Positions 1-9,725 of a DNA stretch of 64,000 nucleotides are shown here, piece by piece. Source of the DNA: Muribaculaceae bacterium (GTDB lineage Bacteria; Bacteroidota; Bacteroidia; Bacteroidales; Muribaculaceae). Location: positions 62,952 to 126,951 of the forward strand of contig JAGATN010000008.1 in assembly GCA_017621225.1 (NCBI GenBank). The letters run 5' to 3'. A model generated the notes under the pieces. The model was not told the origin of the DNA, made no database searches, and was given only the letters and a program-made list of their open reading frames with translations. Made by a program: the position numbers and the translations under genes. Each line of letters opens with the position of its first letter. Positions within the stretch are counted from its first letter, which is position 1.

Positions 1-1161
1 AACAAAATAGACCTTCACAACCGATACATAGCATTGAACCTCAATCAGTTCAAGCTCACTGCAAAAATCGAAAAAGATGGCAAGGTAATAAAGGAACATA
101 CGATGGATCTGCCCGACTGCGCACCGACAAAGAGCGCAACCGTCGATCTGCCTATGGAACAGTATGCCAACGACCCGACTTCGGAATATTTCGTAACACT
201 CGAAATAAAGCTCAAAAACGACTGCAATTGGGCAAAGGCCGGACACACCGTGGCTTCGGAGCAATTTGCACTCAACATCAAAGAGAACAAGCCCGCCGAA
301 ATTGCCGCATCCGACAAGAAGCTCAAATCGTACGTAGAGGACAACCGCTGGCTGCGTTTCCGCAACGACGTTTGCGAAGTATCGTTCGACAAATCGTCAG
401 GCCAACTTTCAGGTCTTCGCTACGGCGATCGCCAGATGCTCCATCACCAGCAGGGCCCCACGTTCAACTGGTATCGCAGCATCAACAACAACCCGCGCAA
501 CTGGGAAGAAACCAACGTGACACTGAAAAACTTCGACTGGAAAGCCGATGATGCCACCAACTCCGTAACGGTAACTGCCGAACTCGAAGCCACGGTTGGC
601 AAAAACGTGGTTCCGCACACCGTAACGTACAAAATATATCCCACCGGAGCAGTCGACGTAAATGCCGAATTCCATACATCCGACAACTTCAACCTGCCAC
701 GCCTCGGCCTGCAGGCATTCATCAACCCGGCATACGACAATGTAACCTGGTTTGGCCGTGGCCCGATCGAAAATTATCAGGACCGCAAGAATGCCGCATT
801 CGTAGGACTGTACTCTGCATCGGTCGACGACATGCGCGAACATTACGTGCGCGCGCAGTCAATGGGCCAACGCACCGATACCCGCTGGCTCACGCTCACC
901 GACAAGAACGGCTACGGCCTGAAGGTGACGGCGTTCGGCACGCTCGACTTCTCGGCACTCCACTACACCGACAATGATTTGTGGAGAGTAAAATACAACC
1001 ATGACCTCGACAACATACGTCGCAACGAAGTGGTGTTGAACCTCGACTGCGCGCACCGAGGCATCGGCAACGGAAGCTGCGGCCCGGGCCCGCGTCCGAA
1101 ATACGAACTCGAAAAGAATGCCACTTACAGCTATGCATTCCGTCTCGAACCGGCAAAATAA
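1..1161 (+). CDS. GH2 beta-galactosidase, C-terminal part (5'-truncated by window)
   Basis: Frame is open from base 1. Contains LPRLGL..WFGRGPIENYQDRK..AQSMGQRTDTRW..GIGNGSCGP, typical of the LacZ-type small-chain domain. Confidence 0.85.
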   Translation, partial: NKIDLHNRYIALNLNQFKLTAKIEKDGKVIKEHTMDLPDCAPTKSATVDLPMEQYANDPTSEYFVTLEIKLKNDCNWAKAGHTVASEQFALNIKENKPAEIAASDKKLKSYVEDNRWLRFRNDVCEVSFDKSSGQLSGLRYGDRQMLHHQQGPTFNWYRSINNNPRNWEETNVTLKNFDWKADDATNSVTVTAELEATVGKNVVPHTVTYKIYPTGAVDVNAEFHTSDNFNLPRLGLQAFINPAYDNVTWFGRGPIENYQDRKNAAFVGLYSASVDDMREHYVRAQSMGQRTDTRWLTLTDKNGYGLKVTAFGTLDFSALHYTDNDLWRVKYNHDLDNIRRNEVVLNLDCAHRGIGNGSCGPGPRPKYELEKNATYSYAFRLEPAK

Positions 1162-1179
1162 ATACAGTTATAAAGATTC

Positions 1180-3084
1180 ATGAGAAAAATCATAACATCA
1201 CTCGCCATCCTTTGTATTGCGTCGGCTTCGGCGCAATACAAGGACAGCGACTATCAGTCAAGCGGCAATCCGGTATTCAAAGGGTGGTATGCCGATCCCG
1301 AAGGGGTGGTATTCGACAATCAATACTGGATTTATCCTACATTTTCAGCTCCATACGAACAGCAAACGTTCATGGATGCCTTTTCATCGCCCGACCTCAT
1401 AAACTGGACCAAGCACCCCAAAGTGTTGTCGAACGAAAACGTAAGTTGGGTAAAACGCGCATTATGGGCACCGGCCATAATACAAGCCAACGGCAAGTAT
1501 TACATATTTTTCGGAGCCAACGACATACATAGCGAAGATGAAGTGGGCGGAATAGGCGTGGCCGTGGCCGACAATCCGGCAGGCCCGTTCAAGGACGCGC
1601 TCGGCAAACCGCTCATAAACAAGATAGTCAACGGAGCGCAGCCGATCGACCAGTTCGTGTTTAAGGATGACGACGGACAATATTACATGTATTATGGCGG
1701 CTGGGGCCATTGCAATATGGTGAAACTCGCTCCCGACCTGTTGAGCCTCGTGCCGTTCGACGACGGAACGATGTTCAAAGAGGTAACCCCCGAAAACTAC
1801 GTCGAAGGGCCGTTCATGCTGAAACGCAACGGCAAATATTACTTCATGTGGTCGGAAGGCGGATGGACCGGGCCTAACTATTGCGTGGCTTACGCCATCG
1901 CCGACAGCCCGTTCGGGCCGTTCAAGCGCGTGGGCAAGATACTCCAGCAAGACCCCAAAGTGGCCACCGGAGCCGGACATCACTCCGTGATAAAAGGAGT
2001 GGGCAACGATGAATGGTACATAGTATATCACCGCCGACCGCTCACCGAAACGAGCGCGCACAGCCGCGAAACGTGCATCGACCGCCTCTATTTCAACAAG
2101 GATGGATTCATCGAACCGGTGAAAATGACTTTCGACGGCGTAGGCGCAAGCCGACTGACGCCGGCCCCGAAACAATCGACCTACACCAACCCGGTGATCA
2201 ATTACAGCCTCCCCGACCCCACCATAATAGAAGGCGATGACGGCTACTTCTACCTCTATGCCACCGAGGACATTCGCAACACGCCCATACATCGGTCGAA
2301 AGATTTGGTGCACTGGGATTACGTGGGCACGGCCTTCACCAACGAGTCACGACCCTCATTCGAGCCTAAGGGGGGCATTTGGGCGCCCGACATCAACAAG
2401 ATAGGCGACAAATATGTAATGTACTACTCCATGTCGGTGTGGGGCGGCGAGTGGACGTGCGGCATAGGAGTGGCCGTGGCCGACAGGCCCGAAGGTCCCT
2501 TCTCCGATAAGGGCAAGCTGTTCAGAAGCAACGAAATCAACATTCAGAACTGCATCGATCCGTTTTACATCGAGGACAATGGAAAGCGGTATCTGTTCTG
2601 GGGCAGTTTTCACGGCATATACGGCGCCGAGCTTGAAGATGACGGATTGTCGCTCAAAAAGGGCAGCAAGCCGGTTCAAGTTGCCGGCACGGCCTATGAG
2701 GGCACGTACATCCACAAGCGCGGAAAATATTACTACCTCTTTGCTTCGACGGGAAGTTGCTGCGAGGGCTTAAAAAGCACCTACACCACAGTGGTGGGGC
2801 GCGCCGAAAATCTTTTCGGGCCCTACGTCGACAAGAGCGGCAACTCCATGATTAAAAACAATCACGAAGTATTGATAGGCAAGAGCAACGAATTCGTAGG
2901 CACCGGCCACAACTCTGAAATAGTCACCGACAAGAAGGGTAATGACTGGATTTTCTACCATGCCGTAAGCAAAGCCAATCCAAAGGGGCGCGTGCTCCTC
3001 ATGGACAAGGTGGAATGGAAAAAAGGCTGGCCGCAGGTAAAGGGAGCCGTTCCATCCAGCGAAGCGAAAGCGCCTAAATTCTAA
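1180..3084 (+). CDS. Secreted protein with two tandem GH43 glycoside hydrolase modules
   Basis: Signal peptide ending ASA-Q. Two five-bladed propeller motif sets: YADP..WAP..PIDQ..EGP..GHHS and LPDP..WAP..CIDP..EG..GHNS. Confidence 0.85.
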   Translation: MRKIITSLAILCIASASAQYKDSDYQSSGNPVFKGWYADPEGVVFDNQYWIYPTFSAPYEQQTFMDAFSSPDLINWTKHPKVLSNENVSWVKRALWAPAIIQANGKYYIFFGANDIHSEDEVGGIGVAVADNPAGPFKDALGKPLINKIVNGAQPIDQFVFKDDDGQYYMYYGGWGHCNMVKLAPDLLSLVPFDDGTMFKEVTPENYVEGPFMLKRNGKYYFMWSEGGWTGPNYCVAYAIADSPFGPFKRVGKILQQDPKVATGAGHHSVIKGVGNDEWYIVYHRRPLTETSAHSRETCIDRLYFNKDGFIEPVKMTFDGVGASRLTPAPKQSTYTNPVINYSLPDPTIIEGDDGYFYLYATEDIRNTPIHRSKDLVHWDYVGTAFTNESRPSFEPKGGIWAPDINKIGDKYVMYYSMSVWGGEWTCGIGVAVADRPEGPFSDKGKLFRSNEINIQNCIDPFYIEDNGKRYLFWGSFHGIYGAELEDDGLSLKKGSKPVQVAGTAYEGTYIHKRGKYYYLFASTGSCCEGLKSTYTTVVGRAENLFGPYVDKSGNSMIKNNHEVLIGKSNEFVGTGHNSEIVTDKKGNDWIFYHAVSKANPKGRVLLMDKVEWKKGWPQVKGAVPSSEAKAPKF

Positions 3085-3106
3085 CATTTACCCCTATAAA
3101 ACCATT

Positions 3107-3144
3107 AAGGCATGCGGATTGGGTCCGTATGCCTTTTGTTTTTT
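3107..3144 (+). terminator. Intrinsic terminator after the GH43 gene
   Basis: Stem AAGGCATGCGGA / TCCGTATGCCTT followed by a T-rich tract. Confidence 0.75.
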
Positions 3145-3165
3145 CGCTTAGAGTATGTTATGCTC

Positions 3166-3705
3166 TTAAAGGTCTATTATCGTGACGTCATGTCCGTTAT
3201 AAGGCATATACTTGCCGAGAAGATCGTCGGTGGCCATCTTCATATAACACCGCACCGTGCCGGCAGTACATCCAAACCATTTTCGGCTACACACCGAGCG
3301 GTCAATCACCATCTTCACCCTTTTATCCGTATCGACCACGGCACTCAGCAACGTGGCAGCGCCGCGCTCGGTACCCAGAAGCTCCATCATCACATCTTCG
3401 GGGGCAAACGAAACCCTCGATATGCCCATGGCGTCGCTGAAGCTGCGGGTAACGAAAGGCTTGTCGGCATCCATTGCCAACAGATAGAAGTTGGTTTGCT
3501 GACGGTTGGTGAGCAACAATGTTTTGGCCGTCGAAACGTCGAGCGCGGCATCAATGTCGCGACAATCGTCCATCGTAACGGCCGGTTCATTATCGACACG
3601 CTGAAAATCGATGCCGAGATGCGAAAGCGCTTCAAATATTCGTTTTTCGACTTCATTGTCGAAACTCGAAGGCGCTACGGCAACCGGCGAACTTATTGAT
3701 AACAT
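3166..3705 (-). CDS. YbaK/ProX(PrdX)-family aminoacyl-tRNA deacylase
   Basis: AKTLLLTNRQQTNFYLL..RVSFA..LLG..GAAT matches ProX/PrdX. A TATTTTTG promoter motif lies upstream on the minus strand. Confidence 0.8.
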   Translation of the reverse strand: MLSISSPVAVAPSSFDNEVEKRIFEALSHLGIDFQRVDNEPAVTMDDCRDIDAALDVSTAKTLLLTNRQQTNFYLLAMDADKPFVTRSFSDAMGISRVSFAPEDVMMELLGTERGAATLLSAVVDTDKRVKMVIDRSVCSRKWFGCTAGTVRCYMKMATDDLLGKYMPYNGHDVTIIDL

Positions 3706-3847
3706 AGCTATTGCGTTTTTTCTGCAAAAATATGAAAGATATGCGTCAACAGCGCGGCATTAACATTTTTTACGCCATCTTATCATATATTCGGCACGGC
3801 ACAACGCATTTTTATGTAACTTTACAGCCTACTACCACCGTTATCAT

Positions 3848-5017
3848 ATGAAAAAAATCATTCTACTATACTTTTTCACAATAACAGCAGCTCTCGCCAC
3901 ATACGCCACGGCGCAAAAGGTAATAACCGGGGCGGAGCGCACCGACCGATACGTCACGCTTCTCAAGAATAAAAAAATAGCACTGCTGAGCAACCACACC
4001 GGAATGGTCGGCAACGAACATACGCTCGACCTGATGTTGCGGAAAGGGCTCAACGTCACCACGATATTCTCGCCGGAGCATGGATTCAGAGGCAATGCCG
4101 ATGCCGGCGAACACGTTAAAAGCTCGGTCGACCAAAAGACCGGCATACCCATAGCGTCGTTATACGACGGAAAGACACGCATGCCTTCAAAAACGGTGAT
4201 GGACAACATTGACGTGATAGTGACCGACATACAGGACGTGGGGTTGCGTTATTACACCTACTACTGCACGATGATCGACCTTATGAATGCCGCTGCAAAA
4301 TATGGCAAGGAGTTCATGGTGCTCGACCGCCCTAACCCTAACGGCATGACCGTCGACGGCCCGATTCTCGACATGAAATACGCATCGGGCGTGGGCCGGC
4401 TTCCCATTCCCGTTGTGCACGGGATGACTCTTGGCGAACTTGCCCTCATGGCCAACGGCGAAGGATGGCTCAACGGAAAAGCGAAAGTGAAACTCACCGT
4501 GATACCGTGTGACAACTACACCCACTCCACGCGCTATCGCCTCCCCGTGGCTCCGTCGCCCAACCTGCCCGACATGAAGTCGATTTATCTATATCCGTCG
4601 ACCTGCTATTTCGAAGCCACGCCGGTAAGCCTCGGACGCGGCACCGACATGCCGTTTCAAATTTACGGCCACCCCGACATGAAAGGGTGCGATTTCAGCT
4701 TCACGCCCAAAAGTCGTCCGGGCGCTAAGAAGCCTCCGATGATGGATCGTCTGTGCCACGGACGCGACCTGCGCAACCTCACCGAAGAACAGATGATAGC
4801 GCAAGGCATAAACCTCGATTACATCATCGACGCATATCGCAATCTCGGCAGCAAGCCCGGCTTCTTCACGTCGTTTTTCGAACGTCTCATAGGCGTTGAC
4901 TACGTACGGACCATGATAGCCGCCGGCGCATCGGCCTCCGAAATAAAAGCGCGGTGGGCCGACGACGTGGCAAAGTTCAAAACGAAACGCGCACCATACC
5001 TTCTATACGCCGAATAA
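3848..5017 (+). CDS. namZ: DUF1343 / exo-beta-N-acetylmuramidase NamZ family
   Basis: Signal peptide, then LLSNHTG, FSPEHGFRG, DIQDVGLRYYTY, VLDRPNP, HGMTLGELA and PSPNLP motifs. Confidence 0.85.
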   Translation: MKKIILLYFFTITAALATYATAQKVITGAERTDRYVTLLKNKKIALLSNHTGMVGNEHTLDLMLRKGLNVTTIFSPEHGFRGNADAGEHVKSSVDQKTGIPIASLYDGKTRMPSKTVMDNIDVIVTDIQDVGLRYYTYYCTMIDLMNAAAKYGKEFMVLDRPNPNGMTVDGPILDMKYASGVGRLPIPVVHGMTLGELALMANGEGWLNGKAKVKLTVIPCDNYTHSTRYRLPVAPSPNLPDMKSIYLYPSTCYFEATPVSLGRGTDMPFQIYGHPDMKGCDFSFTPKSRPGAKKPPMMDRLCHGRDLRNLTEEQMIAQGINLDYIIDAYRNLGSKPGFFTSFFERLIGVDYVRTMIAAGASASEIKARWADDVAKFKTKRAPYLLYAE

Positions 5018-5021
5018 ACGT

Positions 5022-6500
5022 ATGACACCAATCACCATAATAGCAACCATAGCCATTTATTTCGCGCTACTCCTCGTAGTGTCGTGGGTGGCTTCGCGAA
5101 ACAGCAGCAATGCCACCTTCTTCACCGGCAACAGGCGCGCGCCATGGCCCATCGTGGCATTTGCGATGGTGGGCGCGGCCATTTCGGGCGTAACGTTCAT
5201 ATCCGTTCCCGGCATGGTGGGAGCCAAGAGCTTCGCCTACTTGCAGATGGTGCTCGGATTCATAGTAGGCTATGCGCTGATAGCCATCATACTCGTTCCG
5301 ACGTTCTATCGGCTCAACCTCGTGTCGATATACGGATATCTCGGCGAGCGGTTCGGCTCAAAGTCATACAAGTCGGGGGCATGGATATTTTTCATCTCCA
5401 AGATGCTCGGAGCATCGGTGCGCTTTTTCGTGGTTTGCGCCGTGCTTCAGATACTCGTATGTCGCCCGTTGGGCATTCCGTTCGAAATAAACGTTGCGGC
5501 AACGATAGCCCTGATATGGCTATACACCGTCAACGGAGGCGTGAAAACGCTCATCTGGACCGACACCATCAAGAGCTTCTGCCTCATATCGTCGGTAGGG
5601 CTATGCATATATTTCGTGGCATCGCACCTCGGATTCGGATTCGGCGAAACCATATCGGCCATCACCGACCATCCCAGCTCGAAGGTGTTTTTCTTCGACG
5701 ATCCCAAATCCGAATCATACTTCTGGAAACAGTTCATTGCAGGCATATTCATGGCCATAGCCACCAACGGCCTCGACCAGGACATGATGCAGCGCCATCT
5801 GGCCTGCCGCGATTCCATAAGCTCGCGCAAGAATATGATTATGAGCGGCATATTGCAATTTTTCGTCATAGGGTTGTTTCTGCTGCTCGGAACGCTGTTC
5901 CTGATATTCATCGAAACCGAGGGCATCGAGCCGCCCGAAAAGTCTGACGAGATATTCGGTCTCGTAGCCGCCCATCCCCTCATGCCGGCCACCGTAGGCA
6001 TATTGTTCATTCTCGGACTCATATCATCGGCCTACTCGGCAGCCGGATCGGCCCTGACGTCGCTCACCACTTCGTTTACCGTCGACATACTCGACGCTCC
6101 ATCGCGATTCGAGCAAAAGCGACTGACTCGTCTGCGCCGCGCCGTGCACATAGCCATGTCGACCTTGATGGGGCTGATAATAATAGCATTCTACCATATA
6201 AGCGAGGACGATGCCATAAGCGCCGTGTACACCCTCGCGTCATACACCTACGGCCCCATACTCGGCTTGTTTGCCTTCGGCATTTTGTCGAAACGCCGCG
6301 TAAACGATCGCCTCGTACCGTTCGTGTGCATATCCGCGCCGGTGATATCGTGGGGCATACAGTGGGCGCTTCGCAACTATCTCGACTACCACACCGGTTT
6401 CGAACTGTTGATAATAAATGCGCTCGTCACCGCCATCGGACTGGGATTAACATCATTAACGCAATCATCAGCATCACAATATGTCAAAAAACCTGCTTAG
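5022..6500 (+). CDS. Sodium:solute symporter (SSS) family transporter
   Basis: About 13 hydrophobic segments; SGVTFISVPG, GGVKTLIWTD and GLDQDMMQR motifs. Confidence 0.9.
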   Translation: MTPITIIATIAIYFALLLVVSWVASRNSSNATFFTGNRRAPWPIVAFAMVGAAISGVTFISVPGMVGAKSFAYLQMVLGFIVGYALIAIILVPTFYRLNLVSIYGYLGERFGSKSYKSGAWIFFISKMLGASVRFFVVCAVLQILVCRPLGIPFEINVAATIALIWLYTVNGGVKTLIWTDTIKSFCLISSVGLCIYFVASHLGFGFGETISAITDHPSSKVFFFDDPKSESYFWKQFIAGIFMAIATNGLDQDMMQRHLACRDSISSRKNMIMSGILQFFVIGLFLLLGTLFLIFIETEGIEPPEKSDEIFGLVAAHPLMPATVGILFILGLISSAYSAAGSALTSLTTSFTVDILDAPSRFEQKRLTRLRRAVHIAMSTLMGLIIIAFYHISEDDAISAVYTLASYTYGPILGLFAFGILSKRRVNDRLVPFVCISAPVISWGIQWALRNYLDYHTGFELLIINALVTAIGLGLTSLTQSSASQYVKKPA

Positions 6501-7377
6501 CCGATACATCTGGATAATCGACACCATAAGGCGGCACGGCACAATAACCCGCGAACGCCTGAATGAGTTGTGGATGCGCTCTCCGTATTCCGACGGCAAT
6601 CCGCTGCCGCGACGCACGTTTTTCAATTACCGCAATGCCATCGAGGAGCTTTTCAAGATATCGATAGAGTGCAATGCCTCGACATTCGAATACAGCATCA
6701 ACGACGGCGACCCGCACAACGAAAGCGTAACCGACTGGATGCTCAATTCGGCGGCAATGAGCAATGTGCTCACCGACGCGCACGACGTGTCGCACCGCAT
6801 ATTTCTCGAAGATGTGCCATCGTCGCGACTGCACCTCGATGCCGTAATCGATGCCCTGAAAACAAATCACCCCATACGTTTCACTTATTCGCCCTACAAC
6901 CGCTCACTCCCTACCCGAAATGTGGTGGTGGAGCCATATTTCCTGAAGATTTTCAAGCAGCGTTGGTATGCCACGGGCCGAAACGTCAAGGACAATCAGA
7001 TAAAGACGTATGCCCTCGACCGCATGACCGAAGTGTCGATAGAGCCCGACGATTTCAATCTTCCCGACGATTTCGACGCCGAGGAATATGTACGCGACTC
7101 GTTTGGCATCATATTTTCGCAAGGAGAAGCCAAACAGGTAGCCATATCCACCGACTCGCGGCAGGCAAAATATTTCAGAGCACTGCCACTGCACCATTCG
7201 CAAACCGAAATGGTGCACGACACCTTCTCGATATTCAACTACAAGCTGAAACTCACGCCCGACTTTGTACAGGAGCTGCTGTCGTACGGCGCGCGCATAA
7301 CAGTGCTTTCGCCCCCCGAGCTGAAAGCCATGATGATAACCGAACTCCAAAATTCACTGAATAAATACAAACAATGA
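6481..7377 (+). CDS. WYL-domain transcriptional regulator (wHTH-WYL-WCX)
   Basis: N-terminal [13 protein letters not shown] wHTH; VEPYFLK..RWYATG..TYALDRM WYL core; [14 protein letters not shown] region. Confidence 0.9.
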   Translation: MSKNLLSRYIWIIDTIRRHGTITRERLNELWMRSPYSDGNPLPRRTFFNYRNAIEELFKISIECNASTFEYSINDGDPHNESVTDWMLNSAAMSNVLTDAHDVSHRIFLEDVPSSRLHLDAVIDALKTNHPIRFTYSPYNRSLPTRNVVVEPYFLKIFKQRWYATGRNVKDNQIKTYALDRMTEVSIEPDDFNLPDDFDAEEYVRDSFGIIFSQGEAKQVAISTDSRQAKYFRALPLHHSQTEMVHDTFSIFNYKLKLTPDFVQELLSYGARITVLSPPELKAMMITELQNSLNKYKQ

Positions 7378-8048
7378 GAATCGACATACTAACCGTACTT
7401 CCCGAAATGCTTCAGTCGCCACTGAACTGCTCGATACTCAAGCGGGCACAGGACAAAGGACTGGCCGAAATAGTTGTGCACAATCTGCGCGACTACACCA
7501 CCAACAAACATCGTAAAGTCGACGACTATCCGTTTGGCGGCGAAGCCGGAATGGTAATGCAGATAGAGCCGATTGACCGCGCCATATCATCATTGAAACA
7601 ACAACGCCAATATGACGAAGTGATATACACCTCGCCCGATGGAGAAACGTTCAATCAACCCATGGCCAATGCATTATCGCTGCTCGACAACATAATAATA
7701 CTTTGCGGCCACTATAAAGGCATCGACTACCGCATACGCGAACATCTGATAACCAAAGAAATTTCGGTGGGCGACTACGTGCTTACCGGCGGCGAGCTCC
7801 CCGCGCTTGCCATAACCGACGCTTTGGTGCGCCTGATTCCGGGTGTCATCGGCGACGAGCAGAGCGCGTTAAGCGACTCTTTTCAGGACAATCTACTCGC
7901 GCCGCCCGTCTACAGCCGTCCTGCCGTGTACAACGGATGGGAGGTGCCACCGATACTTCTGTCGGGCCATCAGGCCAAAATCGACGAATGGCGTTACGAA
8001 CAAGCCGTTGAGCGCACGCGCCGTCTTCGCCCCGACCTCTTGGAATAA
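7374..8048 (+). CDS. trmD: tRNA (guanine-N1)-methyltransferase TrmD
   Basis: [32 protein letters not shown] and LLSGH motifs. Confidence 0.97.
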   Translation: MRIDILTVLPEMLQSPLNCSILKRAQDKGLAEIVVHNLRDYTTNKHRKVDDYPFGGEAGMVMQIEPIDRAISSLKQQRQYDEVIYTSPDGETFNQPMANALSLLDNIIILCGHYKGIDYRIREHLITKEISVGDYVLTGGELPALAITDALVRLIPGVIGDEQSALSDSFQDNLLAPPVYSRPAVYNGWEVPPILLSGHQAKIDEWRYEQAVERTRRLRPDLLE

Positions 8049-8052
8049 GCAC

Positions 8053-8094
8053 AAAAAATAAGCGAACAGACATCAATCTGTTCGCTTACTTTTT
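8053..8094. terminator. Bidirectional terminator between trmD and tRNA-Pro
   Basis: 12-bp perfect stem TAAGCGAACAGA / TCTGTTCGCTTA with an A-tract before and a T-tract after. Confidence 0.85.
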
Positions 8095-8096
8095 GT

Positions 8097-8173
8097 TGGT
8101 CGGGGTGACTAGACTCGAACTAGCGACCTCACGCCCCCCAGACGCGTACTCTAACCAACTGAGCTACACCCCG
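8097..8173 (-). tRNA. tRNA-Pro(GGG)
   Basis: Minus strand folds as a cloverleaf: CGGGGTG acceptor stem, AGCTCAGTTGG D-arm, CT-GGG-GG anticodon loop, TTCGA T-loop, encoded CCA. Confidence 0.95.
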
Positions 8174-8463
8174 AAAAAAAATTGCTTTGGAAATAACTAA
8201 GGGGAAATACTTCCCAAAAGCGCTGCAAAGGTAAATGTATTTTATGAACCATGCAACAATGAATCCAAGTTTTTTACATTTTTTCACATAAAAACCGACT
8301 TTATCAATACGGAGCCGCCCGTTACCGACGTTTTTCCGGCCCTCCCCGCAATTCTCGTTTTCAAAGAAATATTCCATATCGGAATGGGCATTTATGATGC
8401 ATTTCATAATGATTCATTGCAAAAACGTTCGGCAAATTCAAATAAATGCCGCAACTTTATGCT

Positions 8464-9027
8464 ATGAAGAAAGAGGATACTCATAAGAAAGGATTCATCA
8501 TTCCTGTGAAAGGAAGCCACTCTTACAGGAGAATACTCCGGAAAGCAAAAGAGGGTGAGATTATCAAGGTGCGTAATGGCGTTTACGCCACACTTGATAC
8601 TCTTGCCGGTGGTATGATTGAAATAGATACAATCGTGCCGGGAGGTATTCTCTGTTTGTATTCGGCATGGCATCATTACGGTATGACCACGCAAATCCCG
8701 GACTCATACTATGTTGCCATCGGCAGGAAGCGTAGAGTAAGGTTGCCTGAGGCAATAGACATTACACTCATTTATCAGAAAGACGAACTGTTGGAGATAG
8801 GAAGGTCTAAGACGAATATCGAAGGCTTTGAACTCTCCATATATGATCGAGAGCGGTGTCTTTGTGATGCCATCAAATATCGTAATAAAATCGGAATTGA
8901 CGTAATGGCAGAGATACTCAACTCTTATTTGAGTTATCCGAAAAAGAATCTTAGCCTACTGCTACAATACGCCAAGCAACTCCGGGTCTATAATCTGTTA
9001 TCGACCTATCTATATGTAAAAATATAA
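8464..9027 (+). CDS. abiEi: Type IV toxin-antitoxin antitoxin, AbiEi family
   Basis: RNGVY..GILCLYSAWHHYGMTTQIP..IYDRERCLCD..RNKIG pattern. Stop overlaps the next start (TAATG). AT-richer than the flanks. Confidence 0.85.
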   Translation: MKKEDTHKKGFIIPVKGSHSYRRILRKAKEGEIIKVRNGVYATLDTLAGGMIEIDTIVPGGILCLYSAWHHYGMTTQIPDSYYVAIGRKRRVRLPEAIDITLIYQKDELLEIGRSKTNIEGFELSIYDRERCLCDAIKYRNKIGIDVMAEILNSYLSYPKKNLSLLLQYAKQLRVYNLLSTYLYVKI

Positions 9028-9480
9028 TGGCAACGAATATCGCACATTCCCTGAAAGTCAGGCTTCTCAATCTGAGTGATCATGACAACCGCCGTTATCA
9101 GCAATTGCTTGTGAGGTATATGCAGGAGCGTTTCCTTTACAGACTGTCTGAAAGCAAATATTGTAATAATTTCATTCTGAAAGGTGGAGCGCTACTCTAT
9201 GCTTATGATGAATTTTTACCGAGACCGACTTTGGATGTCGACTTTATGGGTAATCATATCAGCAATGACAAAGATGCCATAGTAGCGGCATTTAAGGAAA
9301 TACAGATTTCTCCGATTGTGAAATAGTATTCTCTCCCGATTTTAAGAATGATGCGACACTTGAAAAGAGATGGAATGCCTATTCCAATAAGGCTCCAATA
9401 AAAAATGCCATATCTTTTCGGAGATAATGGAAGTAATAGTCAACTTCGTAAAACCACATTGCAATAAACGCAGGCTATGA
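9027..9480 (+). pseudogene. abiEii: AbiEii nucleotidyltransferase toxin, internally deleted and frameshifted
   Basis: N-terminus (ERFLYRLSES..FILKGG..RPTLDVDF) stops at 9326. A C-terminal-like fragment continues in other frames to 9480. Confidence 0.75.
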
Positions 9481-9612
9481 AAAAAAAATGGCACGTTAAG
9501 CCAACCTGATTACCGGAGTCCCATGTTCATATCGAACATCCTCGCGGACAATAACGGGCTCTCACAAGCACGGACATTGCACAGACATTGCAATTCTCAT
9601 GGCCACAAAAAT

Positions 9613-9643
9613 TTTGACAAGTTCGAATTTATTCGTATCTTTG
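9613..9643 (+). promoter_or_regulatory. Bacteroidetes sigma-A promoter of gyrB
   Basis: TTTG (9613-9616), 19-nt spacer, TATCTTTG (9636-9643). Confidence 0.75.
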
Positions 9644-9725
9644 TTTGCTCAATGGAGTTATGGCCGCAACCGTATGCAGGAAAGCGGCAATAAACTACAA
9701 TGCAGGTAAATAGCAATATAAATAT

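Noticed and set aside
8129-8407. 92-aa minus-strand ORF
   Set aside because: Runs through the tRNA-Pro gene and its promoter; not a credible protein.
8097-9480. tRNA-Pro as integration site (att) for the AbiE cassette
   Set aside because: The cassette lies on the 5' side of the tRNA; no duplicated tRNA 3' end and no integrase were seen.
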